Assembly: GCF_001194135.2 (NCBI RefSeq) | Contig: NC_068990.1 | Location: forward strand, 39,549,376 to 39,613,375 | From: Octopus bimaculoides | Lineage: Eukaryota | Direction of reading: 5' to 3' | DNA length: 64,000 bases | In this document: one piece after another, positions 1-12,304 of the stretch | How the letters are laid out: every line of letters starts with the position of its first letter | How positions within the stretch are numbered: the stretch's first letter is position 1 | Notes under the pieces: generated by a model | Database searches by the model: none | Seen by the model: the letters and a program-made list of their open reading frames with translations, nothing else | Told to the model about the DNA's origin: nothing | Made by a program: the position numbers and the translations under genes

Positions 1-160
1 TTCTCGGCTGCAATATTTTGAGTACAGTAGAATTCTATGTACTTTTTAGTTTCCTTTAGAGGTGACGACTTAGGTAAATTCTACTGTAAAAATCTTGTTC
101 TGTCCTTTTCCAGGTGTAATAACTTAGGAATATTAACACGCATGCACCTGCAATTTCATT

Positions 161-373
161 GAGGTGAGCTGGCAGAAACGTTAGCACGCCACGTGAAATG
201 CTTAGCAGTATTTCTTCTGTCTTTACGTTCTGAGTTCAAATTCTGCTGAGGTTGACTTTGCCTTTCATTCTTTCAGTGTCGATAAATTAAGTACTCGTTG
301 CACACTGGGGTTGATCTAATCGACTGGGACCTCCCCAAAAATTGCAGGCCTTGTGCCTAGAGTAAAAAAGAAT
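161..373 (+). mobile_element. tRNA-derived SINE, family A, near full length
   Basis: Head GAGCTGGCAGAAACGTTAGC..GTTCAAATTC and body GACTTTGCCTTTCAT..GATAAATTAAGTAC; same sequence recurs at 35031 and 46196 and, inverted, at 10280, 13442, 29750 and 29910. Confidence 0.85.
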
Positions 374-1122
374 ATGTATGTGTGTATATATATATATATA
401 TAATTATATATATTTTTCATTATCTCACTTGTTAGTTTCTAAGCTATTTATCTGAATATATTGATTAGCAATTTTATTTATTTCAGTTTTTAAATGATTT
501 TGATTTCCTATTTGGTAAATGCTGAACATTTTATCTTTCTTTTTCTGCTCTTAGCCTTGAACCAATTATTAATTATTCCAGTCAAAACATTTTGAATTCA
601 TACAATTACTTGTGTTGCTACACTGTAGCTAAACCTGATACAAACAGCAAATAAAGCTCCCTAAAATTATACCTTACTTTCTAAAGTATATACATGCATA
701 CCATACAAACACGCAAATAATAAAACTGATCAAATGGGAGGGACTTCTTTAAAAATAGTTGCCAAATGGTCTTCAAATCAAATCAACTGCTTTATATATG
801 TATGAGTTTATGTGTATTTATATACATAATTATATAAACAAAATTATGGTTCGAGAAAATCACATATTTAATCTTTGAATTCACCAAACAAACCTGATGG
901 TCAGTTTTGTTGCATCGACATCTTTAAATAAAGAAAATATCATCCAAATTAATAGTTCTGAGAATACATTTTCAAGGTAATCCAAAATCAGTTAAATTTA
1001 AAGTTGTGCTTCGTTCTTGTTCCTTTTTTGACGCCATGTACCCGGATATGCATCTATATATACATGTAGATGTAGGTATGTACATATATGCATTTATACA
1101 TGCATATGCTCATATATCATTT

Positions 1123-1515
1123 GTAGGAGTGGCTGTGTGGTAAGTAGCTTGCCTACCAACCACATGGTTCCGGGTTCAGGCCCACTGCGTGGCACCTTGG
1201 GCAAGTATCTTCTACTATAGCCTCGAGCCGACCAAAGCCTTTTGAGTGGATTTGGTAGATGGAAACTGAAAGAAGCCTGTCGTATATATGTATATATGTT
1301 TGTGTGTCTGTGTTTGTCTCCCCAGCATCGCTTGACAACTGATGCTGGTGTGTTTATGTCCCCGTAACTTAGCAGTTCGGCAAAAAGAGACTGATAGAAT
1401 AAGTACTAGGCTTACAAAGAATAACTCCTGGGGTTGATTTGCTCGACTATAGGTGGTGCTCCAGCATGGCCACAGTCAAATGACTGAAACAAGTAAAAGA
1501 GTAAAAGAGTAAAGA

Positions 1516-1516
<1 letters not shown>
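1123..1516 (+). mobile_element. tRNA-derived SINE, family B, full length with internal (TA)/(TG) tract
   Basis: A/B-box-like head GGAGTGGCTGTGTGG..GGTTCAGGCCC; 3' end GGTGCTCCAGCATGGCCACAGTCAAATGACTGAAAC followed by (AAAAGAGT)n; homologous copies at 19933, 36893, 47889, 53180. Confidence 0.9.
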
Positions 1517-1584
<68 letters not shown>

Positions 1585-2479
1585 TTTTTTTTATTTCATA
1601 AAATTTTAAAGAAATTTTAGAATTTTATTTTAATTTTAAAATTTTATTTTAATCCTCAATCCTTAATTATTTTAATTTTTTAATCATTTAAAAATTCTTT
1701 TAAATTAATTTAAAATTATATTTGGCCTCCAATTTTATTTGATTTTTAAAATAACTTTACCTCACATTTTCCCTTCCATTTCTATTTAATATTCACTTTT
1801 ATCAAAGTTGTCTCTACCTTCCCATCATAATATAGTTACTGCAGATTTTTCATTCATGTTTTCTAATACAATCCACAAGGTACAAATGACCAAACATTAA
1901 AGATTTAAATTGATCGTGAGATTAAGCAGCCTGTATCAAATTTCGAAACAAAAGAAGACAATGCAAATGTTTTTGAGTGATGACCCAGATACAAACACTA
2001 ATGTTTTATGACTGTCCCTTCCTAAATTTCGGCCATCTTCTGTCCCTTCTCCTATCACATGCCTCCCCTCCTCTATTCTTTCTATCCCTTCTTCATTTCC
2101 GTTCTTCCCTTCTCTTCGTTTTAGTCCTTCTTTTCCAAATCAGTACTTTTTTTCCCCATTCTTCTATATTTCTTTTCCACTTTCCATATACTTATACTTA
2201 TTACCTATGTTCACTCACTTCCCCATGTTTATACCATTCTTTTTGTATTCTGCTTGGTTATAACCAGAAATGACTGATGAAAATTGCTTTAATTTTCTAA
2301 GTTGTTCAAATTTTCTCAACCGATCAATGGGCTGATTGAATAAATCAATCAATGACGCACCTATAATGACTACTGGAAACAACTGCATGTCAAATTTACT
2401 AAAGAAATGTGGAATGACCATTATTTATGCCTTGTCTTTATATATATATATATGTATGTATGTACATATATGTATGTGC

Positions 2480-2510
<31 letters not shown>

Positions 2511-3241
2511 ATATACACACATGCATATATATATATTTAATATATATGCACACACACACATACATACATACTACATACATATACAAGCATAACCACATGC
2601 CCATAAGTTCAAAATAATATCAGCAACAAAAAAAGATGATGTAAAAAGAGTGTAATTATTGTTTTGATGCTCAATGAGTGATTAAGAAAGTAGAAGTGTT
2701 TTCGACATTTTGAACTTAAGCTCTTCTTCAGTAAGTTAGATTGTTAAAAGGAAAGAATGTTGGCAATAAAAACAAAAGCATGAGTAATGGGAAAATTTGT
2801 GCTCTGTGTCAAGCCATGTTATTATCTGACATTTTTGCCCATCTATTGGTGTCCTTCCATTTTCCTCTCTATTTTCCTCTCTCTCTCTTTCTCATTCTTT
2901 CTCTATCTATCTATCTTTCTCACCCTCTCTCACACACACTCTTTCTCTCACTTTCTTTGTCTCTATTGTCCCTGCTGCTTTTTATTCCTATTTGGTTCTC
3001 TTGCTACATACTCATTTTCCCCTCTCTCATCGTCTCTTTTCTGTCCCTCCCTTAGTCCCTAACTTGCTCTCATTCAAACTTACTCCTTTTTATCCCCTCA
3101 CAATTTCTCTACTTGATACCACACCAAACCACTCTGAGCTTATCCCTATATATATTAGTGACAGATGCAGTATTAACACTGAGAGGTAATATTCCTACAT
3201 AACCATGGATGATCTATTAGAAAAAACTATACAGCGGTAGT

Positions 3242-3493
3242 CAGTGGGCCCCTGCACCATTAGAATCGATATATGGGGGCCCATGTTAGTATCTAAAGGC
3301 CCTTCTCCTCAAGCTGGAGGATTTTTTATTCACTCCTGGAAGAATGCAGTAATTATTTCAGCCTTACTATGTTTGTAGACAGTTGTAAAGAATACTTTTA
3401 ACAAAAAAAAAAAAAAATGATAGCATTGTAGTTGTGGGTGGGCCCCCTTAGTCTCTCCTGGCAACCTATATTTTTAGACCCAGTCTGCCACTG
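3242..3493. mobile_element. hAT-type MITE with 8-bp target-site duplication
   Basis: Ends CAGTGG...CCACTG; identical 8-mer GCGGTAGT at 3234-3241 and 3494-3501; internal GGGCCC subterminal motifs. Confidence 0.75.
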
Positions 3494-4667
3494 GCGGTAG
3501 TTCCCATGACAGAAACTCTCATATTGACTTTTTGGTGCAAAATGCACTCTTGTTGAAATTGCTTTATTATATTGCTGGATACAATTGTTTCATTTCAGAT
3601 ATATTTCTAAAGCCAACTCATTTACTATTTCAATTAAAAAGGCTTCAACCTCCTTTCAGATTCAGCTTTATCATGACCACCAATAAATCTGAAGAGAAAT
3701 CATTAAAAGTTGTAAGAATGAAACTGATGGATTGTATCTTTTTATAAGATTGACTTTCCATTGGTATCTCAAAAGCTAGAAATTCTAATGATTTCTGCCC
3801 CACAGTACCACATGGCAAAACCAAGGATTTTGTTATTGAACAACAAAATTTTGCAGTTATTCACACTTGTTTCAAAATACATGGAGTCTCTATTCTTTTA
3901 GTCCAAAAGTTTGTAATGCATGTGAAACTTTGCTTGGTATTATTTTATTTTGACATAATACATGGATATTGCTGCATAGCCCTTCATGAGTGTGTGAGTG
4001 AGTGTGTGTTTGTGTGTGTGTTTGTGAGTGTATGATGGCTGTCCACTTGTAACCAAGGAAACATATGTGAAACCATCAATCTTAATTGAAGAAACATCCA
4101 TATTTGCTTTAGGCTTTAGAAGGCAACTCATTTATCCAGGGCTCTTGAGTCTTGTTTCTAGTTCCAACATGGCATCTCATTTGCAACATGGTCTCTATTC
4201 AGGGATTATATATTTATATATATACATGTATGCTTGCATATGTATGTGTATTTATATGTACATATATATAAATATGTCTTTGAGGATGTATAAATGTATA
4301 TATGTCTGTGTATGTATTTAGAAATATGAATCACAAGCATAATATGAGTAAGTTTATAAGGCAAAGAGGCGACAAACCAATAAATAATAGACTGAATCAA
4401 TTAAGTAAGAACTTGTGATTGAAAAAGGGTAGGAATATAAAGTGAAAAAAATAACAATCAAAAGTGTGTACAATGATGATAAACGTAACAAAGGACAAAA
4501 CAGAAGAGAATCAAACATTTCAAGGGATACTCTTTATCAAACAATAAAAATAAGTTGAGGAGTTACAAGAGAAACAGAAAATATGTGAAGCATTTTACAT
4601 GGCAGGTCAGAGGTAGAATGAAATCGGGGGGTGAATTAGAGAATATATGAGTATGTATGCATGTATG

Positions 4668-4724
<57 letters not shown>

Positions 4725-4917
4725 ACACACACACACACACATTGTATTATACTATTCTTTTATTGATTTCAGTTATTGGGCCATGGCCAATATTTTTAAG
4801 TCTGGTAAATATATCAATCTTTATTTGTCGACTGTTATTTAAGGAACATAAACAAAGACAAATATGTTGAGAGATATGCACATGCATACACAAACATATA
4901 TATATAAATAAGACAGC

Positions 4918-5080
4918 CATCCATACAGTATTGGTCACTGAAATTTCCTTCGCCAGGCATATGGCAACCAGAGGCTATCATAAAAGATATCTGCCAAGAA
5001 ACCATGCACTGCATAGTATCTTGGGACTGAACCCAAAACCATGTGGCTGCAAAACAAAATTCTTAACCACAGAACCATAA
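4918..5080 (-). mobile_element. Highly diverged tRNA-SINE head related to SINE-B
   Basis: GGGACTGAACCCAAAACCATGTGG..TTAACCACAG matches the reverse complement of the SINE-B head. Confidence 0.55.
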
Positions 5081-6095
5081 CTGAATGTAACACACACACT
5101 CACACACGCACACACATGTATGTATATAGGTATACAAAGTTTACACACATTATATATTACCCAACTCAAGCCATCATAGAAATTGATTATGCTGATATTG
5201 CTGCTGATGCTGATAATGATGATGATGGAAGAGGAGGAGGAGGAAGGGGAGGCAGAAGATGAGGAAGAAGGGGAGGAAGAGGAAGGGTGGGTATTGTCAT
5301 ACACATAGACTTCTACATACGTATGTATGTATGTATATCTGCATGCAGTTCATTACAGGTATTTATTTGTATGTAAACTCTTTAGCCATGGCAACGATTA
5401 TACTATATTTGTGTGTGTGTGTGTGTGTGTGTGTGTGAGTGTGCATGCGCGCGTATGTGTGTGTGTGAGTGTATGTGTATGTGTGCATATCAACATAGAT
5501 AATTTATTTCCATCAACTACTGTATATCTTAGGTTTCCATCAGCTCTATAAACTTTTCCCAATAAATATTTGAAACTAATTGTATGATAGTCAAACTGTT
5601 GTAAACAACATAATCTTGGGAAAAGATAGTTTTGATTTACCATGGAAAACTGAGGGATTTAGCATGACAGAATAAGGGATTTATGTGTGTTCTGGCTACA
5701 CCAAATATTGAATTTTCTTAATAAGACATATTGCTATACATTGATATGTATACGTGCAGTACGTGTGTGTGTGTATATATATATATAAGCAATATATATA
5801 CATATACATGAACAATATATATATGTATATATATATGACATATATATAAACAATATATATATATATATATATACATATATCACATATATATGTGTGTGTG
5901 TGAATGTATATATATATACACACACAATTTATATTTATAAACATATGCTTATCTACATATGTTTGTGTATGTGTGTGCGTGCACGTAAATATGGGTGTGT
6001 ATACATACATATTTACATAAATAAATATAAATTTATTCTCATATATTAATGTTTACGTGTTTATATAAATGTACATAGATAAATGTATACATATA

Positions 6096-6157
<62 letters not shown>

Positions 6158-6243
6158 GAGAGAAAGAGAGAATTGAAACATAGACCTGTTCTAATTTTAC
6201 CGTTTGATTAAGGTTTATTTTTATATTTATGAGTTCCTACTAG

Positions 6244-6337
6244 TTTGTCTGGAAGAGCAAACTCCATAAATTCTCATTACGGCTCTTATGGTCAAGACTT
6301 AAATTCCAACGGCAATGTCTACACCTGTAGTTCTCAG
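6244..6337 (+). CDS. Candidate coding exon of an unidentified gene (LSGRANSINSHYGSYGQDLNSNGNVYTCSSQ)
   Basis: T-rich tract plus TAG acceptor, 94-nt open frame in non-repetitive sequence, weak donor CAG|gtcaca; no homology recognised. Confidence 0.2.
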
Positions 6338-6638
6338 GTCACATTCCTCCCCTTGTGTTCCAGGTTTCCATTTTGATTTGTTATGAAACATTCTTTTATT
6401 TTTGGCTGCCATTATACTGTTATAGTTGTAGTTATTATAACAATGCATGAAGCGAAATTATTTTATGAATTGCAGTCAAGTGGTAAAAAAAAATCCAGTT
6501 AATAATGGATTATAAAGCTTCTTTCTCATTTAATGCCCATTCTGTTGTTGGTGAAACCAAGAGCACTATATTGAGTGCCATCAAAAGGAAAAAAAATTAG
6601 TAATAATGAAATCTTCACAACACAATGATAGAGATTTT

Positions 6639-6969
6639 AGATACAAATAAGGAAATAATTTTATTCTCTAACGTAGGATAATGCTAATAACCTAGCATGA
6701 ACAAAACAAACTATCCATATTTTGCAGAAAAATCTGTCTGTGGCCAGCCATGAGACTCGAATTCACATCCCTGTGATTACGCGTCAAGTGCTTTACCATT
6801 AAGCTAAACTGCCCAAGGACTTGACGTGTAATCACAATGATGTATGTTCAAGTCTCATGGCTGGCCACCAACAGATCTTTCTGCAAAATATAGATAGTTA
6901 ATCCTGTTCATGCTATATTATTAGCATTATCCTGCATTTGAGAATAAAATTATTTCTTTATTTGTATCT
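6639..6969. repeat. Foldback element with ~150-bp inverted arms built from a tRNA-derived sequence
   Basis: 6639-6789 is the reverse complement of about 6819-6969 with scattered mismatches; loop about 30 nt. Confidence 0.9.
6742..6813 (-). pseudogene. tRNA-like pseudogene or SINE head, probably Thr(CGT)-derived
   Basis: Minus strand GGCAGTTTAGCTTAATGGTAAAGCACTTGACGCGTAATCACAGGGATGTGAATTCGAGTCTCATGGCTGGCC folds as an imperfect cloverleaf with A and B boxes; CGT at the anticodon position; several stem mismatches. Confidence 0.55.
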
Positions 6970-7962
6970 TTCGGTACATCTCAACACTTCTAAAGCAAAC
7001 TTTGTTGACTTTCAACATAAGTTGAATTTGATATAAAATAAAGATTTTAATTTAGAGTTGCTGCTAATGCAAAAATTTCAATTTTATTCAACTAAGCAGC
7101 ATCTCTGCAAGACCATTGAATTGTTTATTATGGTCTGAATACACCTCAGACTAACTGGAACAATTTCGTGTCAGAAGGGCTACGAGTGCATGGACTGACA
7201 AACTGCAAAATTGGTAAAATTTGCATCTGTCACTCTTGTAATTGCTCCGGGGTGATTTAGTTTAGACCAGCTCTGAAGTATATTATGACAATACAGCTAT
7301 GAAGGAACCTTTCCATGGAGAAACACTGCAGCTATTGGGTTCTCTATGACATACATACATTAGGTATGTCATAAAGATCAAGTTTTTAATTTGGAGCTGC
7401 TTCTATTACAAAATGTGAACATACATACATACATACATACAAAATGTGAACATACATACATACATACATTGCTTAGGGATAAGACATTCTCCACCATAAC
7501 CACCACTTGGCTCCATATTTTTGGGACCAGTATATTTGACTAAAGCAATTCCATCTATATAGAATGATACATTATTTTATCAACCCTAATTGGATGAAAT
7601 GTGAAATTGACCTCAGCAGGATTTGTACATGGGATGTAAAGGGCTGTAAGTAAATAGTGCAAGACATTTTGTCTGTCAATTCATCAGCATCAACACTACC
7701 ACCACACCACCACTGCCACTATCGCCACCACTATCATCAACATTATTAAGATAACCAGCACCACCATGAGCATAATCGTTACTATTACATTAATGTTGGC
7801 ATTACCACCATCAACATTGCCACAACCTCCCCCCTACTGTATTACCATCATCACTACCATCACCACCACCATCATCATCTTCATCATTATCATCAACTGC
7901 AGTGTCACCGTCATCATCATTACTACTTTTACAACCACACCACCACTGTTATCATTATCATT

Positions 7963-8005
<43 letters not shown>

Positions 8006-8205
8006 ATAGCTATCAGATCAGGTGATTTACAAATTCCCACCCTACCCTCATCATATGTTAATCAATATCAGTAATTTATAATCATTTTAACCTTTACTGG
8101 CTGCAAAATAAAAAGTGAAAAAATATAAATATATTGCTTTGTTTATTTCAGATTTTTCTTTTTTACTTTCTTTCTTCCTTTTCTTTTTCTTCAGATATCA
8201 TATGC

Positions 8206-8212
8206 ATCAGTA

Positions 8213-8256
<44 letters not shown>

Positions 8257-8305
8257 GATGATAATAATAATCGTGGTGGTGGTGGTGGCGATGATGATGA
8301 TAAGG

Positions 8306-8340
<35 letters not shown>

Positions 8341-8362
8341 TAATAATGATAATAATAGTAAT
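8206..8362. repeat. (AAT)n/(GAT)n compound microsatellite
   Basis: Direct sequence. Confidence 0.95.
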
Positions 8363-8688
8363 AGTTTGCCCGACGGCAAGCACTAAGAGCAAACTACATA
8401 AAATACAGAATAGGCAACACAGCAGAAAGTGATAAGTGCAGAATCTGTGGACAAAACAGTGAAACCGTATGGCATATTACCAGCCAATGTACGCCACTAG
8501 CCCAGAAGGAATATAAGAGATGCCACGACAATATAGCCAGGCTTATCCATTGGACACTTTGCAACAAGTATGGACTTGACAAAGCAAAAAATTGTTATGA
8601 CCACAAACCTGAAGGCATAGTCGAAAATGGAAAGGCAAAGATCCTATGGGATTTTATGATTCAGTGCGACCATGAGATAGAGAATAAC
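8363..8688 (+). mobile_element. R4/Dong-like LINE fragment (CCHC zinc knuckle region)
   Basis: Translates as ..DKCRICGQNSETVWHITSQCTPLAQKEYKRCHDNIARLIHW..KILWDFMIQCDHEIEN, typical of RLE-clade non-LTR elements. Confidence 0.85.
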
Positions 8689-8689
8689 T

Positions 8690-9680
8690 GCTCTTGGACT
8701 ATTGACTGTTACATATTAGCAGTCTTTAGCCTACTTGTTTCTCACAGTCAAATCAGCTCTTCATAAGCCTTGTGAAGGATTGCATTCTGTTGTGTCTTGC
8801 TCAACACTGATATGTCCTGAATTATAAGGACGTACAGTCAGCATGACTGGCCCACTCATTGTGTCTGACTCCACTCATTGTGTCAGTCCATTATTTATTT
8901 GTGGTAGAACAGCCCACTTCTCTCACTCGGGGTGCCCTCCACAAAACATTCTTAATACAATTCCAAAGGAAGATCAGCTTTCGACATAGGTTCAAATTAT
9001 TGTGGAGAGGCATCTCTTAATTTATTTCGCCACTAACCCCAGCAGTTCTCCAGTCTTGTATTTCCTCTATATCCTCCTCATCAGTACAAGATGATGGAAT
9101 GGTACTATTGATTGTTACTGGAGAAGATACCTCAAGGAATCAGCTGCTAGCATTAGGGATGGGACAATTTCATGCTGTAACTCAGCTTTCAACCCTGATG
9201 CACCAGAGTTACTATCTTTTCCTCTCTATCCAAAATAAGATACAGCTGCAGGACAGTTCTAAGGCCTTCATGACTTTTCTGAACCTGCATGTTTATGCAG
9301 TCCACACCCAACAACATGTCATTCTGTTTTATGTTAGTTCTCACCTTCTGCTCACAACATGCCACAAAGGTGTCCACAGTATAATGGTCAACAACACTAT
9401 CACTATCCCGAGCAATTATCCTTGTGTTACAGTATCCCATTATTAGTCAATGTTGTGTAGGCTTTACTGGCCACTGCTATTGTGCTGAACACAAGGTCAT
9501 GTCAGATGCTGTACTTTGAAGATTTCCACAAAATTATAGAGGTCAAGTACACGACCTGAAATTAAGATCCTTGCTCACTTGATGGGAGGCAGAGATTTTT
9601 CTCACTGTGTAATGAAATGCATCTCATTTGTGGTCTCTTGAAGAAGAAGGATACTCTGGTATATTAGTCATATATGAAGT
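8690..9680 (-). mobile_element. Heavily decayed LINE fragment, probably an RTE-like apurinic endonuclease region
   Basis: Minus-strand frames give VDTFVACCEQKV..NDMLLGV and ..VTINSTIPSSCTDEEDIEEIQD, resembling RTE endonuclease motifs; many stops and frameshifts. Confidence 0.4.
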
Positions 9681-9819
9681 TAATTATATTGATGATCATC
9701 CAAGGAGGGATGAAAGAGAAAAGGAATCACAGAAGGCATGTAACTTTGGACATCTAGAGCAAAACTAAATAACACAAGATCTTTAAAATGACCCTCTACC
9801 ATCTTTATAATAACAACAA

Positions 9820-10200
9820 CGACAGCAACTAGGATTATAGAAGATAAAAGAAAGAAACAATGTATGATCATAGACAAACAATGAATAATCATAGACTTTG
9901 CAATACCATACAATAATTAAGTGGATACCAAAGAAAGTGAAAAAATTGAGAAATTTCAATACCTAGCCAGAGAGATGAAGAGACTGTAGAAGATTAAGTT
10001 GACAGTTATTCCTGTGATAATTAGTGCACTTGGAACAACACCCAAACTTCTACCTAAGAGACTGAAATATATTGGAATTAAGACTCACATTGTTGATCTG
10101 CAGAAGTGTGCAATCCTATATTCTGCAAGAATCCTAAGAAAGATTCGAGATTGGAGGAAACTTTTTGCTGCCAAACTCTAAGACAACATCTCTGTTTGTT
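9820..10200 (+). mobile_element. R4/Dong-like LINE 3' end (restriction-like endonuclease)
   Basis: IIDFAIPYNN*VDTKESEKIEKFQYLAREMKRL..VIPVIISALGTTPK..LQKCAILYSARILRK. Confidence 0.8.
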
Positions 10201-10279
10201 CATAAAGCATATAATAATTATAATGATAAAAATAACAATAATAACGATGACAACAACAATAATGAAAACAATAATCACA

Positions 10280-10478
10280 AGACCTGAAATATTTGAGTGG
10301 GGTGGTGTCAGTTGATTACATTAACCCCTGTATTCAACTGATACTTATTTTATTGACTCCAAAAGAATGAAAGGCTTCAGTTGACCTCAGCAGCACTTGA
10401 ATTCAAAATATAAAGACAGACGAAATGCTACTAAGCATTTCAACCAGTATGCTAACGATTCTGCCACCTTGCCACCCT
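10280..10478 (-). mobile_element. SINE-A, diverged
   Basis: Reverse-complement similarity to 161-373. Confidence 0.7.
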
Positions 10479-11395
10479 AACAACAACAGCAACGATAATA
10501 ATAATAATCCTTTATATCTCTGTCTGTACCCAATGCATTCTCAAATGGCACAACCAAATCAAATCAAATTTTACATGGTAATACTATCACACACCATGAG
10601 TGTCAACTTGTGATTTTTATGGATTAAAACAATGCAAACTTGGCTCTGGTTCTGTATTATGTTTCAAAACTCGAACAATAAAAGTGAAAACTTTGATGGA
10701 GTAAGTTATAAATAGATTCACTTTTATATTGTTTCACTAGGTATATATATATATATTTATGTATGTATGTACATCTTTGTATATATGTATATATACATAT
10801 ATATATATACATATATATATATATANNNNNNNNNNNNNNNNNNNNNNNNNNNNNNNNNNNNNNNNNNNNNNNNNNNNNNNNNNNNNNNNNNNNNNNNNNN
10901 NNNNNNNNNNNNNNNNNNNNNNNNNNNNNNNNNNNNNNNNNNNNNNNNNNNNNNNNNNNNNNNNNNNNNNNNNNNNNNNNNNNNNNNNNNNNNNNNNNNN
11001 NNNNNNNNNNNNNNNNNNNNNNNNNNNNNNNNNNNNNNNNNNNNNNNNNNNNNNNNNNNNNNNNNNNNNNNNNNNNNNNNNNNNNNNNNNNNNNNNNNNN
11101 NNNNNNNNNNNNNNNNNNNNNNNNNNNNNNNNNNNNNNNNNNNNNNNNNNNNNNNNNNNNNNNNNNNNNNNNNNNNNNNNNNNNNNNNNNNNNNNNNNNN
11201 NNNNNNNNNNNNNNNNNNNNNNNNNNNNNNNNNNNNNNNNNNNNNNNNNNNNNNNNNNNCTACAAAACCATCAAAAGTTTTTTCTTCTTATGTTTTTTTT
11301 TTTGATAATTATTATTAATGTTGCTTAATATGCCTTGCTAAAATTGCTGTTTCTTTTCAGATATCATCAGAAAAAGGTAATTGAAATTCTTTGAA

Positions 11396-12304
11396 ATGGT
11401 AGATCTATCAGACTTTCAAAGAGGTCAAATAGTTGGTGCTTGTATTGCAGGTGCTAGCATAACGAAAATAGCCAAAATGTTTGGTGTATCAAGAAGTACT
11501 GTCTCGAAAGTAATGACAGCCCTTGAAAAAGAGGGGAAAAACGTCCTTGTGAAACAAAACTCTGGAAGAAAACCAAAACTTTCAGATAGGGACCGTCGGA
11601 TTCTTATCTGAATTGTCAGAAAGTATCACCAAAGTACAGCTCCCAAAATTACAGCAGAGCTTAATGACCACCTCAAGGACCCAGTTTCCACAAAAACTTT
11701 TTGCTCGCAGCTGCACAAAGCCAGATTTCACGGGAGGGCTGCAATCAGAAAACCACTACTTTAAAAAACAAACGTTGCAAAGCATTTTGAGTGGAGTGAA
11801 AACCTACAGAATTGGTCCCTAGAGCAGCGGAAGAATGTTATTTTCTCGGATGAGTCATCCTTTACCTTATTTCCAACCACCAGCCGAGTATAAGTATGGA
11901 GACAGCCAAAAGAAGCATTTGACCCAGACTCCCTTCTTCTAAATGTTAAACATGTAAGGGGATCTGTCATGATCTGGTGGGGAGCTATATCTTGGAAATC
12001 TGCCGGCCCAATAGTTTCCATTCATAGCAGAATTAATAGTCAAGACTATTTAAGCATTTTATCTGATCAAATTCATCCTATGGCTGTGGAACTGTTTCCG
12101 GAGGGAAACACAATCTTTCAGGATGATAATGCACCAATTCACACAGTTAAAGTTGTTACTGAATGGCACAAGAAACATTCTAGTGGAGTTGAATATCTTA
12201 TCTAGCCATCACAGTCTCCAGATCTCAATATTAGTGAACATTTATGGTGCATTTTAGAAAAACAAGTAAGGAGTCGATATCCTCCAACGTCATCACTACA
12301 AGAA
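11396..12304 (+). mobile_element. Tc1-like transposase pseudogene with DD36E spacing, 3'-truncated
   Basis: MVDLSDFQRGQIVGA..SGRKPKLSDRDRR..FSDESSF..FQDDNAPIH..PSQSPDLNISEHLW; 36 codons between the second D and E; in-frame stops and a frameshift; replaced by LINE sequence after 12304. Confidence 0.9.

Noticed and set aside
1830-5720. Protein-looking minus-strand stretches (e.g. 2215-2421, 3630-3870, 5500-5720) as one fragmented pseudogene
   Set aside because: No recognisable domain, and 60-70 codon open frames are expected by chance in 64 kb of AT-rich DNA
11361-11376. 16-nt microexon-like segment with AG/GT ends
   Set aside because: Lies directly upstream of the Tc1 ORF and is probably transposon 5' sequence; no independent support
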